From a virus, in the IMG/VR virus record IMGVR_UViG_3300037391_000010, positions 1-64,000 of that record: a stretch of DNA of 64,000 nt, one strand, 5' to 3'. The first letter of the stretch is position 1; every line of letters starts with the position of its first letter. The notes under the pieces were generated by a model. That model saw nothing but the letters and a program-made list of their open reading frames with translations. It ran no database searches and was not told the origin of the DNA. A program made the translations under genes and the position numbers. Of this stretch, positions 17,513 through 27,995 are shown piece after piece.

Positions 17513-19300
17513 GTGATTGACCTAACTGGGGCCAACCTCGTCGCATACTTGCAACGACTCATCCGTCCAATTGTTGAGCAGAACCCGAGGTTTCGCAACG
17601 CTCTGGGCGATGTAACTTTCCCTGCCAATAGCAATCCAACCACAGCCCTGCGGTGGAAAGACCTTCAGGTCATCGTCAAGACCGTCACCACATCTGGAAC
17701 CAGATTATCCTTCGACTATTTCATGTTCACCGAACGCGGTCGAGCCATCCTCTGTAAGGTAGCCGACAAGGATGGTCTCTTCATTGAGTGGACGAAAGAG
17801 ATCGACCCCACGCAAAAGACTCCCCAAGCGGGCGTCTACTACATGAACATCGACTACGTGAGTGAAGAGACTCGCGACGTTGGTCTGACCGTTCAAAAAT
17901 ACATCTGGGTTGAAGGCAAGGGTGCCGCGACGGGAGCGATGGGCTCCGTCGTTACATTTCGTCCGAACATCATTGATCCATCCACGGGGCAGCAAGTAGA
18001 CTTGAACACGTTGATAGCGACAGACCCATCAACGGGCACTGCCGTGACTTTCAACGCCATGAACTCATCGTTCGGCGGCACGATCACCCTCATTCTCCCG
18101 TGCACCAAACTCTGGTTGACCTTCTCGAATGGCACCGCACTCATCCCCAACACCGATTATTGGTACGAACGACCAGTCACGGAGTTGATTTGTCAGTCCA
18201 CTGTTGGCGGGGCAGAGATTCTGGGCATCTCAGGCGCGTATGTGTCGGTGACGTTCACCGACCAGAACGGCTACGAGCTTCGTCCGAACATTGACTACCG
18301 CTTTTACGGCAGTCCTCAGTACATCCAGATTTCGGCTCAGTCGCCTCCCGGAAGTACGATCACGGCGAACATGATAGCGAAACTCAATCCCTACACGACA
18401 TCGCCCGTCAACTCCGAGAACATCATCAACATCGGAATGCTGCCGAGTCAGAGCTTGGCGACGAATCAGGTGTTCATCCATACGACGCAGGGGAACTACA
18501 CCGACCCAATCGTGAACACGGACGGCACGATCACACTCCCAGTTCTGCTCCAGCCCGGCGACACGTATCGGTACGACATCCGCATCAACGCGGGTACATT
18601 CAAGGCCGTCGCCAAGAAGTGGGAAATCAACAGCTTAGTGATCGTCGATCCCAACACCATTGAGTACGCCAAGCCCGATCCCAATCAACAAGGTAGGTGG
18701 GAGCCCATCAGTGCGTCTTTCGTTCAGAACGCCGCAGGTGACCCAAGTCAGCTTGCGGGCGTCGTCCAGACCTCGGCTGGGAAGCCGCTGCTCGACCAAA
18801 ACGGTGATCGGAGCTACATCTTCCCGGGCCTGTGGCTGGCCTTTGGCGACATAGCCGTAAAGGGCGATCAGGCGGCGGTCATCATAAGTCCTTCATTAAC
18901 AGAGACTTACCAAGTATACGGCTCAAAGGAGAACCTTACCTTTACGCTGGAAATCAAGTCTAATGACCTCCAGACTTCATCCGATCTGGCCGAGATGATT
19001 AAGCAGCATCTCCTTATCACAAGCCGTACTAATGTGGAAGCAGACGGGTTAACGATCTTCGAGGCGACCCGCGACTTCGTGGGTGAGTCTCGCGACCCAT
19101 CGGGAACGGCGTCGAACTACATCTACAACGTGACCGTGACGGCTTCCGCCGACTGGAAATTGTTTAAGCCTCTGGTGACGAGGTTGGTCAGCTTCGAAAT
19201 TGTCAATAAGCCCTACACGGGCAACTTCGCTGGAAATCTCCAAGCTACGCCGAGAATGGCGGCATTCGGCACGACGATGTTCGTTCGGAGTTATGTGTAA
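17513..19300 (+). CDS. Tail completion/terminator-like structural protein
   Basis: 595-aa beta-rich ORF upstream of the sheath; GTG start with GAGGG RBS; position-based. Confidence 0.5.
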   Translation: MIDLTGANLVAYLQRLIRPIVEQNPRFRNALGDVTFPANSNPTTALRWKDLQVIVKTVTTSGTRLSFDYFMFTERGRAILCKVADKDGLFIEWTKEIDPTQKTPQAGVYYMNIDYVSEETRDVGLTVQKYIWVEGKGAATGAMGSVVTFRPNIIDPSTGQQVDLNTLIATDPSTGTAVTFNAMNSSFGGTITLILPCTKLWLTFSNGTALIPNTDYWYERPVTELICQSTVGGAEILGISGAYVSVTFTDQNGYELRPNIDYRFYGSPQYIQISAQSPPGSTITANMIAKLNPYTTSPVNSENIINIGMLPSQSLATNQVFIHTTQGNYTDPIVNTDGTITLPVLLQPGDTYRYDIRINAGTFKAVAKKWEINSLVIVDPNTIEYAKPDPNQQGRWEPISASFVQNAAGDPSQLAGVVQTSAGKPLLDQNGDRSYIFPGLWLAFGDIAVKGDQAAVIISPSLTETYQVYGSKENLTFTLEIKSNDLQTSSDLAEMIKQHLLITSRTNVEADGLTIFEATRDFVGESRDPSGTASNYIYNVTVTASADWKLFKPLVTRLVSFEIVNKPYTGNFAGNLQATPRMAAFGTTMFVRSYV

Positions 19301-19355
19301 GAGGAAAAATGGACTTTAGAAGCCACAATCAGAGACGTTTTCTGGGGAGTTTTCA

Positions 19356-19694
19356 ATGATTTACGAATTCAAATGCCACGACTGCGGCCTTATTTTGGAG
19401 CATCTTTGTCCGATGGGAGAGCAGCCAAGCTACAAGAAATGCCCGAAGTGCGGTAAGCGGTGCGAGCAAACAATCTTCGCACCTTATGTAGCGACGAGCG
19501 GCATGAGTCAGGCCCCGCTGGATGTTGTGATCGGGCGAGACGCTGAAAAGCGTTGGGATCGCATCCACGAGCGGCAAGGAGTTCGTGACAAGGTTCGCAA
19601 GGAAAGCGGTAAAGCGGGGCTGACCAAAGTTGGGCAAGACGAATACAAGTCCCACGACAGACCGCTCGATTTTGTCCCGACACGCGGGAAGTAA
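19356..19694 (+). CDS. FmdB-family Zn-ribbon protein
   Basis: IYEFKC..CG...E.......CPKCG motif. Confidence 0.8.
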   Translation: MIYEFKCHDCGLILEHLCPMGEQPSYKKCPKCGKRCEQTIFAPYVATSGMSQAPLDVVIGRDAEKRWDRIHERQGVRDKVRKESGKAGLTKVGQDEYKSHDRPLDFVPTRGK

Positions 19695-19772
19695 AGGTCG
19701 AAAATCTTAGATTAGTGAGAGAAATCGACTTCCAGTCTCCTAGATTGAAGTCAATTTTAAGAGGGAAAACCC

Positions 19773-22700
19773 ATGGCACTGTTCACATCCTACGCACCAC
19801 CGGGCGTCTACACGCAAGTAATTCTGCAAACCAACTCGGCCCCTACGCTGGGGACTGCCCGTATTCCCGTAATCATCGGTGAAGGTCAACAGTTTTTCAG
19901 CAACAACAACGTTGAGTTGTTCCGTGGTTCCTCCTCAGTTCAGGATGACCAGTCGGTCAGTGAAAACATCTCGAACCAAGTCACAGGGTTGACTCGCACT
20001 TTCAACACGAGCTTCTATCCAGTCACAGACGGTACTGGCAAGGGCGTGATCTCAAACAACCCCACTGACGTTCAAGTCGAATCGATTGACCAGAGTGGCA
20101 ACGTTGTTCCCGTAACAGTGATCTCACTGAACGGTGCAACGGGCGTATTCACAACGCAACTCATCATCCCCACGGGCTTCGAACTTCTCATCACCTACTT
20201 CTTCAAGCGCGGTGACACGTTCATCGGCATTGGCGGTGTGGCTCCGTACAACGTCCCAGAAAACCTTCTGTCACAGATTCCGAGCACGGCATCCCTGACA
20301 GTGGACGACAGCGGCGGCTCACCTCCGGGAACTCAGTCGGTTGTGTTGGGTCTCTCGACTCCCGGTCAGACGGGTAATCTCGTCACCCTCCAGTTCGTTG
20401 CAGGTGCAGCGGTTCCAGATGCTCAGGCGGTTGGCGGTGCAGGCACAGACGCCATCTCGATCAACATCACAGGTCCGAGCGCAACACGTACCCTCGCTGA
20501 TCTCGTCAGCCTCGTCAACGCTGGTATTCCAACGCTCGACGGCGGCTACCTCACGGTCACAACGACCACGGGCGCACTCAATGCTCCTCTGACGGTAAGC
20601 TCTGGTGCACAGCCCTTCATGGGCGGCAGCGGCGGCAACAGCAACACGGTGTTCAAAGTCGCCCACACCCCAATCGTAGACGGCACCAACGGTGGTGTGG
20701 TCACGACTGACGTGACGAAGGTGATCGTTCAGGTGAACGGCAACCCAGTCACAGTCGCATCGTTGAACGGTGCGGCAGGAACCTTCACGTTGGCTTCGCC
20801 TGTTTCCGCGCCAGTCGCGTTGGGCGGAACTACAACGTCCTTCACGATTCAATACTACTTCAACTCGTGGCAGAATACGTATGACTTGCTTCCCGGTCAG
20901 AACATTGCTTCGATCACTCAGGTCGGTCTCGGCCCGAATCGTGCAGACTTTGTTCAAGGAACGGATTACGTCCTCGGCAGCATCACTGCTCCCGATGGTT
21001 CCACAGTCCAGACCATCAATTGGGGTGCTTCGGTATCCTCAGCAATCGGACAGTCGGCTGCTGGTGAACTCGCCAATTTCACTCCTGCTGAAGTCACTAC
21101 CGCACTAAGGGACGATCAAGTCTACCTCCGTCCGCTCGCGGGCGCTGTGAACGGCAAAAACACGATCTTCACCCTCCCCGATGTACCAGTGGACGGTAGC
21201 GGTCTCAGCATCACGACCGACAACCCCGCATTGGTTCAGGTCTACGTCGGTTCCGATCCGCTGGAAGCTTTCCTCACTGGCGCTGTACGTGTGGCTACAC
21301 TCTCTGGTGCAAACCAGCTTGTGACCCTGTACAATCCTCCAGCGTCAGGCAGCAACGTGTACGCCTCGTACTACCGCAGCCAGTTGGCTGACCACCAGTA
21401 CAGCATCACGGTCGTCAACCCGGGCTACGCTGGCAACGGCACTTTCATCATCACCGATGAGCTTGACCGCGTTGCTCCGCTTGTGACATTCAATTTGTCC
21501 GCAAGCAGTGTTGCTCAGAACGGGCCATTCCAAGATACGGGCGTGGTTTACCCGAATGACTTCTCCGATGCACAGGCTCAGGCAGGTGCGGCGGTCGATG
21601 AAACAGTCACCCTGACCTTCAACAACGACGGCAACTCCGTCACCGTCCCCGCTATTCAAGCGAGCTTGGCTCTGACTTTTGGTGCTGGGACGCTGACGTT
21701 CCATGCGACCGCTCCGGGCGCAGGCGGCAACCTTGTTCAGATCGCAATCGATACGACAGATTTGAACGCTGACCCGATTGCGGTTAATGGCGACATCGTT
21801 ACCATCTACGCAAACTGGGCAGGCACTCCTCTGACTCTTGCTCAGATCGCGGCTTTGTTCCCATCTGGCGAAACGATTGATGGTGGACAGATTCTATGCA
21901 CCGCAAGTGGCACGACCTCAGGTCAGGCCGCAACGACTGGCGCAACGAACCTGTCAGGTGGTGCAAATGCAATCACCAGCCCCGTCACGCACAGCTACAC
22001 GGTTTCTTCGAGCAACTCGAAGGGTTCGGGCTCGCTGAACAACATCGGCTATCTCGATCAGACTTACGAGGACCTTGCAACTGGGTTCCGCGTGACGATT
22101 GTCAACCCCAATGACCATGCGGGTTACGGGGTTCCAAGCATCCCAGCGGCCTATAACTTCGAGCCGGGCGACAAACTCATCTTCAACGTGTACGCCGATG
22201 CAACGGGTGCCAACGCAGCCGTCCGCAATGCGGGCACGCCGGGTATCGCTCCCGCACAGGCGAACAACCTGATCGCAATTCAAGGTCTCGACACCACGGT
22301 CATCTCGAACTTCGGTTCGACCGCTGGCGACTCCGTGATTGTGAGCACGTTCAACAAGAGTGGTAACGACCCGAGCATCGGTGAGTTCTACTATGTCTCG
22401 TACACAACCGCAAAGACGGCGGCTGATTACGCGATCCATCTTTACACCGATCCAAAGGTTGCTTACGCCGCCTACGGTCAGCCGAGCACAGTCAACCGCG
22501 TCTCTCTCGCCATCCAATTGATGTCCGCGAACGGCGTGCAGACTTTCGGCGTCGTCCAAGTCCCAGTGGTTCCCGGCACCAATCAGGGAACTTCGCAAGA
22601 CTTCATGAACGCAATCCAGACGCTCACCGTGAACCTCCCGGGCACGAATCAGAAGGCAAACATCATCTGCCCACTGAGCACTGACCCGACTGTTCACCAG

Positions 22701-23435
22701 TTCTTGAGCCGTCAGTTGACCACGATGGCGAACATTCGCTACAAGGGCGAGGCAATCGGCTTCGTCGGTTACGATCAGTTCCAGACGCCAAGCACGATGC
22801 GTGCAAACGCTCGCGGCTTGTTGAATCAGCGTATTATCGCAATCGGTGCCCCAGTCGCAGGTATCCTCATCACCAACCCGAACACGGGTGTGGCGGTGGA
22901 GTATGCAGTAAGCGGCGAGTTTATGGCAGCCGCCATGATGGGCTTGAACGCAAACCCCTCGAACGATGTGGCTCAGTCCCTCACGTTCCAGAATTTGGTT
23001 GGCTTCAGCCGCCTGCTCGTGACTTACGACGACCCAACACTGGACGCAATGGCATCAGATGGTTTGACCGACCTGCTGAACAACAACGGCAGCTTGCTCA
23101 TCCGTCACTACAAGACCACTAACCCGTCGAACCCGCTCACCAGCGAGCCGACAGTCACCACGATTTCGGATTACGTGGCACAAGTGTTCCGTTCCGACCT
23201 CAACCAGTTCATCGGTCGCAAGCTGCTCGACTCGCTCGTTACCGACATTCAGGTGGTCTGCAACGCCCGTCTGTCGTCCTTGGTCAACCAGCAGATCATC
23301 AGCGGTTACCAGAACTTGTCGGTCGTGCAGGACCCGAATGATCCGACGCAGGCCGATGTCACCGTTACATACAAGCCGATGTTCTGCTTGCTGTACGTGA
23401 GCGTCACCTTCGTGGTTCAGACGCAATTGAGCTAA
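19773..23435 (+). CDS. Contractile tail sheath protein
   Basis: N-terminal YAPPGVYT; C-terminal sheath domain (FIGRK..., DP.DPT...V...YKP.F.L.Y..VTF); 1220 aa with inserted beta domains. Confidence 0.9.
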   Translation: MALFTSYAPPGVYTQVILQTNSAPTLGTARIPVIIGEGQQFFSNNNVELFRGSSSVQDDQSVSENISNQVTGLTRTFNTSFYPVTDGTGKGVISNNPTDVQVESIDQSGNVVPVTVISLNGATGVFTTQLIIPTGFELLITYFFKRGDTFIGIGGVAPYNVPENLLSQIPSTASLTVDDSGGSPPGTQSVVLGLSTPGQTGNLVTLQFVAGAAVPDAQAVGGAGTDAISINITGPSATRTLADLVSLVNAGIPTLDGGYLTVTTTTGALNAPLTVSSGAQPFMGGSGGNSNTVFKVAHTPIVDGTNGGVVTTDVTKVIVQVNGNPVTVASLNGAAGTFTLASPVSAPVALGGTTTSFTIQYYFNSWQNTYDLLPGQNIASITQVGLGPNRADFVQGTDYVLGSITAPDGSTVQTINWGASVSSAIGQSAAGELANFTPAEVTTALRDDQVYLRPLAGAVNGKNTIFTLPDVPVDGSGLSITTDNPALVQVYVGSDPLEAFLTGAVRVATLSGANQLVTLYNPPASGSNVYASYYRSQLADHQYSITVVNPGYAGNGTFIITDELDRVAPLVTFNLSASSVAQNGPFQDTGVVYPNDFSDAQAQAGAAVDETVTLTFNNDGNSVTVPAIQASLALTFGAGTLTFHATAPGAGGNLVQIAIDTTDLNADPIAVNGDIVTIYANWAGTPLTLAQIAALFPSGETIDGGQILCTASGTTSGQAATTGATNLSGGANAITSPVTHSYTVSSSNSKGSGSLNNIGYLDQTYEDLATGFRVTIVNPNDHAGYGVPSIPAAYNFEPGDKLIFNVYADATGANAAVRNAGTPGIAPAQANNLIAIQGLDTTVISNFGSTAGDSVIVSTFNKSGNDPSIGEFYYVSYTTAKTAADYAIHLYTDPKVAYAAYGQPSTVNRVSLAIQLMSANGVQTFGVVQVPVVPGTNQGTSQDFMNAIQTLTVNLPGTNQKANIICPLSTDPTVHQFLSRQLTTMANIRYKGEAIGFVGYDQFQTPSTMRANARGLLNQRIIAIGAPVAGILITNPNTGVAVEYAVSGEFMAAAMMGLNANPSNDVAQSLTFQNLVGFSRLLVTYDDPTLDAMASDGLTDLLNNNGSLLIRHYKTTNPSNPLTSEPTVTTISDYVAQVFRSDLNQFIGRKLLDSLVTDIQVVCNARLSSLVNQQIISGYQNLSVVQDPNDPTQADVTVTYKPMFCLLYVSVTFVVQTQLS

Positions 23436-23440
23436 ACCGA

Positions 23441-23462
23441 GGGGCGGCGAAAGCTGCCCTTC
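23441..23462 (+). terminator. GNRA hairpin after the sheath gene (terminator or processing site)
   Basis: GGGGCGGC-GAAA-GCTGCCCT; weak U tract. Confidence 0.5.
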
Positions 23463-23485
23463 ACGACTTGAAACGGAGCTAGGGA

Positions 23486-23920
23486 ATGTTAATAACACCG
23501 CAGGTGACGCAGGCAAACGGGATCATTAAGTTGAAGCTTGTTGCTACGTTCATCGGTGACCCGACTGATGCGAGCGACAAAGCGAATATCGCGGCTTTCG
23601 GTGATCCGCAGGTTAACATGGCGGGGTCGTTTCAGGACCCGCTCAATCCTGCGTTCACGTTTTTGTTTCCCGCTACCGACGTAATAGTGGGGATCACGAC
23701 GCAGATGAGTTCGAAGACGACACGCTTCATGCTGGCTCTGCCGAATGGACAAAATCCAAACCAGCCAGCCCCAATTCAGGGTGAGTTGGATTGCATTACG
23801 ACGAACCCGAGTGAAGCATGTGAAGCGTATTACACGGTTATGTGCCAACGTATCACGCAGTCAATGTTACTGCTCCGACAGAAAATGTTAGTGCCGACGT
23901 TGACAACGACAACGATTTAA
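23486..23920 (+). CDS. Hypothetical virion protein
   Basis: 144-aa ORF with GGAG/AGGGA RBS in the tail/head block. Confidence 0.6.
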   Translation: MLITPQVTQANGIIKLKLVATFIGDPTDASDKANIAAFGDPQVNMAGSFQDPLNPAFTFLFPATDVIVGITTQMSSKTTRFMLALPNGQNPNQPAPIQGELDCITTNPSEACEAYYTVMCQRITQSMLLLRQKMLVPTLTTTTI

Positions 23921-23930
23921 GAGGATAACG

Positions 23931-25406
23931 ATGAGTAAGTTGATGGAACAACGCAAAGCGGCACAGACAAAGAAGTCAACCATTCTCTTGTCCATCGAAA
24001 CGGCACAGGATGCAGTCAACATCGGGAAATCGCTGATGAATGCATACCAAGCCGAGGGTAAGAACGACGAGCAGTTGGAACAAGTCGTAAAGCATTTGGA
24101 AACGCTGCTTCACAGCCAGCCAGACCAGATGCAATCCGAAGGCGCAATGAGCGTCGAAGATTATTTCGACGATGCCGTTCTGCCTGAAGTGGCACGTCAA
24201 GCCAAGAACGAGGTAGATATGATCGCACAGAAGCGCAGGGAAGCACGTCCCGCACAAGTAACGAACCAGCCAGCAAAGGTGCCAGCCGCCCAGCCGCAGA
24301 TGGCTTCCGATGAGAAGACCTCCGCCGTTGGCAACGACGCATTCTCGACTGACCGTGACGAACAGGGCAACCCCAAGGCACCTCAAAAGGCCGAAGTTCC
24401 CCGTCTCGCCGCAAAGAAAAAGGAAGCACAGCCCGAAGCTGCTCCCATCGCTCCTCCTGCCGCCCCGCCCGCACCCGCTGCTGGTGGTGGATCGCTCGAT
24501 GCTCTCTTCGCCAAGCTGCCGTCCGACTTTGTTGCCGATCTGGTGAAGAAGCTGACCAGCCTTGAAGGTTTTGAACAGGACAAGGACGTACAGGCCGCTG
24601 TCGAGAATCTGGCAGGTATCCTCCAGACTCGTCCAGTTGAAGCTGCTCCTGCTCCCGCCGCACCGGGAGTCACCGCCTCAAAGAAGGGCGGCGATTTCGG
24701 TGGTAAGCAAGCTCCTCCGTTCGGCAAGAAAGATGAAGCCAAGAAGGACGAAAAGAAGGACGACAAGGAAAAGAAAGCAGCATTCGGTGGTCTGCGAGTT
24801 GTCGCAGCCGAGAAGGTTGCCGTGGCTCCTCCGGGCCGTGAAGATCAGGTGAAGGCACTCAAGAAAGAAGACGTAGATAACCCCTACGCCGTGGCATGGG
24901 CCAGCTATAACAAGGGTGACAAGAAGGGCGCTCTCAAAGCTGCTCACGCTTGCATCGCAAAGTTCGCCGCCGCAGGCTTCTTCTCATGGGATCAGTCAAC
25001 TGGCGACGTTACGGAATCGGGTGGGCGCACTCCTGAAGTTGCGGAAGCCCACAGCAAGATTGATGAAGCTCCCGCCCATCTGGAACGTCCTGATACGACG
25101 CTCCCGATCAAATTAGCTGGCGAGATGACGGCTCAAAAAGCTGTAAAGGAGGCGGAAAGGCTGGGTCAGGAACTAAAACAGACCTACCTTGACGCCAAGT
25201 CGATCTGCACGGTGAACGATAGCCGTCCAGTTCGCGAGTTCGTAGAGAGTATCTTCCGCGCAGGTGCGATGGCCGATAAAGCCGTCAAGACCTTGAACAA
25301 GCAGGTCATGCAGGAAGAGTCCGAGGAAGCAGCCGCAAAGGTTCGTGAGAAGAGCAACAAGAAGTCTTCTTTCAAGGGCTTGGCGCTGGTAGCTTCAGCG
25401 GAATAA
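23931..25406 (+). CDS. Putative internal head protein with multiple K-x-A motifs
   Basis: Ala/Pro/Lys-rich modules; KTSA, KEAQ, KKAA, KVAV, KFAA, KLAG; shares DAFSTDRD..GNPKAPQKA..PR with 52691..53752. Confidence 0.6.
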   Translation: MSKLMEQRKAAQTKKSTILLSIETAQDAVNIGKSLMNAYQAEGKNDEQLEQVVKHLETLLHSQPDQMQSEGAMSVEDYFDDAVLPEVARQAKNEVDMIAQKRREARPAQVTNQPAKVPAAQPQMASDEKTSAVGNDAFSTDRDEQGNPKAPQKAEVPRLAAKKKEAQPEAAPIAPPAAPPAPAAGGGSLDALFAKLPSDFVADLVKKLTSLEGFEQDKDVQAAVENLAGILQTRPVEAAPAPAAPGVTASKKGGDFGGKQAPPFGKKDEAKKDEKKDDKEKKAAFGGLRVVAAEKVAVAPPGREDQVKALKKEDVDNPYAVAWASYNKGDKKGALKAAHACIAKFAAAGFFSWDQSTGDVTESGGRTPEVAEAHSKIDEAPAHLERPDTTLPIKLAGEMTAQKAVKEAERLGQELKQTYLDAKSICTVNDSRPVREFVESIFRAGAMADKAVKTLNKQVMQEESEEAAAKVREKSNKKSSFKGLALVASAE

Positions 25407-25583
25407 GGAATCGGGGAACGAAAAACGCTGGGTCGTCGTGCTTGGAATTTTACTGCCTTAGGGCCGTTACCGTTACGTGCGATGAATTGGAACGAAGGTA
25501 GTTACGTTCCCCGAGTAGTGATTTCAGTTTTCTGGATTTCGCAACTGTAGTGTAGAAACCCCTTTTTAAGGTGGGAGGCAAAC

Positions 25584-26249
25584 ATGTCCGAAGGTGGATA
25601 CGTATATCGGCAGGGTACATCACCCAACACTGAGACTGTAATCTCGTCTCGGTTCAAAATCTTTACGGATGCCGTTGATGTCGGCAAGTTCGTAAAGCTG
25701 GGCGTAACCTCGTCCTTCACTTACACAGAATCAAAGACTGTCGATGCGGTTCGTGGCCTTGGCTATGGCGATCAGGTCGCGGAACTTGTTCCCGGCGTGA
25801 CCACCCCCATGAGCATTTCGATCACCCGCACGTGCTTGTACCTCGCGAACCTCATGCAGGTTCTCGGCTACAAGGCAGGCGTAAGCGGTGCCGTCCGTTC
25901 GTTGAAGCATCACCGCTGGCCGTTCGACATCAAGCAGGAGATTGTATTCTCCCAGCTTGCAACCGAAGACCCGAATGTTGGACAGGCAACCCTTGCTGAC
26001 ATTCCGAACGAAGGTGGTCTGAACAACACTGGCAACCCGGGCCTGCTCGCAATCGCGACAGTATACGAAGGCTGCTGGATGGAGTCCTACAACACGGCAT
26101 TTACGGTTGACACCGCTGCCGTCACCGAAGATTGCACGATCAGTTGCACTGACATTTTCGATGTCGCTGGCTCTGTCTACGGCGAGTTCCTTGACGCAGG
26201 TCTTAACAAGGGCGATGCCACGGGACGTTCACTCCTCTACAGCACCTAA
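25584..26249 (+). CDS. Tail tube protein
   Basis: 221 aa near the sheath; VRGLG.GD..AELVPG.T, L..H.WPFDI and TVYEGCW..SY motifs of large-myophage tubes; GGGAGG RBS. Confidence 0.75.
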   Translation: MSEGGYVYRQGTSPNTETVISSRFKIFTDAVDVGKFVKLGVTSSFTYTESKTVDAVRGLGYGDQVAELVPGVTTPMSISITRTCLYLANLMQVLGYKAGVSGAVRSLKHHRWPFDIKQEIVFSQLATEDPNVGQATLADIPNEGGLNNTGNPGLLAIATVYEGCWMESYNTAFTVDTAAVTEDCTISCTDIFDVAGSVYGEFLDAGLNKGDATGRSLLYST

Positions 26250-26304
26250 TCAAACTAGGCTGAGGCGGGTACTGGTTATCCGCCTCTTCCTCTTGAGGAT
26301 TTGA

Positions 26305-27969
26305 ATGAAGCCTAGCAACCCACTCCTACAAAAACAAGCTCTCGATGAAACCATGGTCATGTGGAATGACCCTGATTACGCGGAGCACCAACATCATTCC
26401 GATCCCGGTTACACCACTCAAAACGGCAAGGATTACGCGGGTCGCGGCACCACTGAAGTCGAAGAGGGTGCGCTTCAAGACGGCATCCCAGCGAACCTAT
26501 TGTCCGTTGAACTCGGTAAGACAGGCAAGACCGCCGACAACGACGATGACTTCTATCGCGAGTTGGAGCAAGAGGGACAGCAGGATCGGGAACTTCACGA
26601 AGAGGCGCAGCCTGCTGAATATGATGAGGCACTAAACCGTGCTCTGACAGCACTTGATGTGCTCGCGAGGATTCCTTCGAGTCAAGACATCCAAGGCTGT
26701 GCTCAGATGACTGCGGCAGACTTACGCCAGTTCGCTGAGGAATACAAAACTGGCAAGGCGCGTCGATTCTCAAGCGATGATAACCCCCACGTCACCACGA
26801 TGCCCAGTGCCCCAGCCCCAGTCGATCCCAGTGACGCAACGTTCTTCAAGGAGAGTGATCCTATGCCTAATCAATTCTCACCCGCCGAAGAGAAAATCAA
26901 TGCCGCTGCCGCAGGTAGTGGCTTTCACTATGGAGCCCGCGTTACGGACGGAACCACGCTATGGTTCAAGGGGAAAGATGAACGTTTGTCGTATGATCCA
27001 AAGACTGGGAATGTCACACACCTAAAGAACGGGAAAGTTGTATCGGAATGTCCTCTCGATCAACTCTCAAAGATCAAATCCTCCGCTGAAGAGTTTCACA
27101 CAACTTTGAAGAAGCAACTCGGTCAGGACAAAGAGGCCGCTATCCGCCCATCCCCACATGCCGTGTTTGAAAATAAAGTCGATGATGCTACTGGGAAACA
27201 GCCCGTGGCACCCGATGAACCCTCTGATGATGAAGTGATGAAAGCTAAGATGACCCTCGAAAACGCCGGGGTAGGCGATCAGATTGGTGTCAACGCTGCG
27301 GAGGAATCGAGCGAAACTCTTCCCGATGATTGGCCCGAAGGTTGGCACATGTACGACTCGAAGACTGGGGATGAGATCAAAAAGAAATCCGCCCCGAAAG
27401 AAGCGGCTACCACCAAAACTTATGGTACGGGTACTCCTCCGGGCGGCACGCCTAACGACCCAAGTATCGATATTGAAGACGAGGAAGACGACAAAACGGC
27501 GACTACAAAGACTGCTTTGGTCGGCATTCATGAGACGCCGAAATTCCTCCCGCCCCGCGACGATGTGCGTCGGCACCTCGATGAACAAGTGCAGGATGAG
27601 GTGATGGAAGGCGTGATGGATGGTGTTAAGGACGATAAGGTCGCCGCTTCGGACGAGCAGGCAAACGAATTCTACTTGGATAAAGTTCACAGCATGAAGG
27701 CCGAAGCCAAGGAAGCGTTCATGAGTGACGGTGCCATGCAGCAAGAGGCTCAGGATGGGGGCATGAGCATGGAAGACCTGTGGAAAGAGGTCGGTGGGGC
27801 TTTCACCGAAAACTACTACATCTCGGCCTATTCCAAGCAAGGATCGATTGAAGTCTATGAGGGACTCAAGTGCCCTAACTGTAAGAGTACGAAGGGGAAA
27901 CCCGTCGATGACGGTGCGAATGATGGGGTAAGCTTGCAGGAATGCCTTACCTGTGGGAGCTTTTACTAA
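26305..27969 (+). CDS. Acidic modular head-associated protein with K-x-A motifs and a C-terminal Zn ribbon
   Basis: KQAL, KTAD, KEAA x2, KSAP, KTAT, KTAL, KVAA; C-terminal CPNC...CLTC. Confidence 0.6.
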   Translation: MKPSNPLLQKQALDETMVMWNDPDYAEHQHHSDPGYTTQNGKDYAGRGTTEVEEGALQDGIPANLLSVELGKTGKTADNDDDFYRELEQEGQQDRELHEEAQPAEYDEALNRALTALDVLARIPSSQDIQGCAQMTAADLRQFAEEYKTGKARRFSSDDNPHVTTMPSAPAPVDPSDATFFKESDPMPNQFSPAEEKINAAAAGSGFHYGARVTDGTTLWFKGKDERLSYDPKTGNVTHLKNGKVVSECPLDQLSKIKSSAEEFHTTLKKQLGQDKEAAIRPSPHAVFENKVDDATGKQPVAPDEPSDDEVMKAKMTLENAGVGDQIGVNAAEESSETLPDDWPEGWHMYDSKTGDEIKKKSAPKEAATTKTYGTGTPPGGTPNDPSIDIEDEEDDKTATTKTALVGIHETPKFLPPRDDVRRHLDEQVQDEVMEGVMDGVKDDKVAASDEQANEFYLDKVHSMKAEAKEAFMSDGAMQQEAQDGGMSMEDLWKEVGGAFTENYYISAYSKQGSIEVYEGLKCPNCKSTKGKPVDDGANDGVSLQECLTCGSFY

Positions 27970-27995
27970 CTACAGCCCTCTTAAATAGGAACTCT

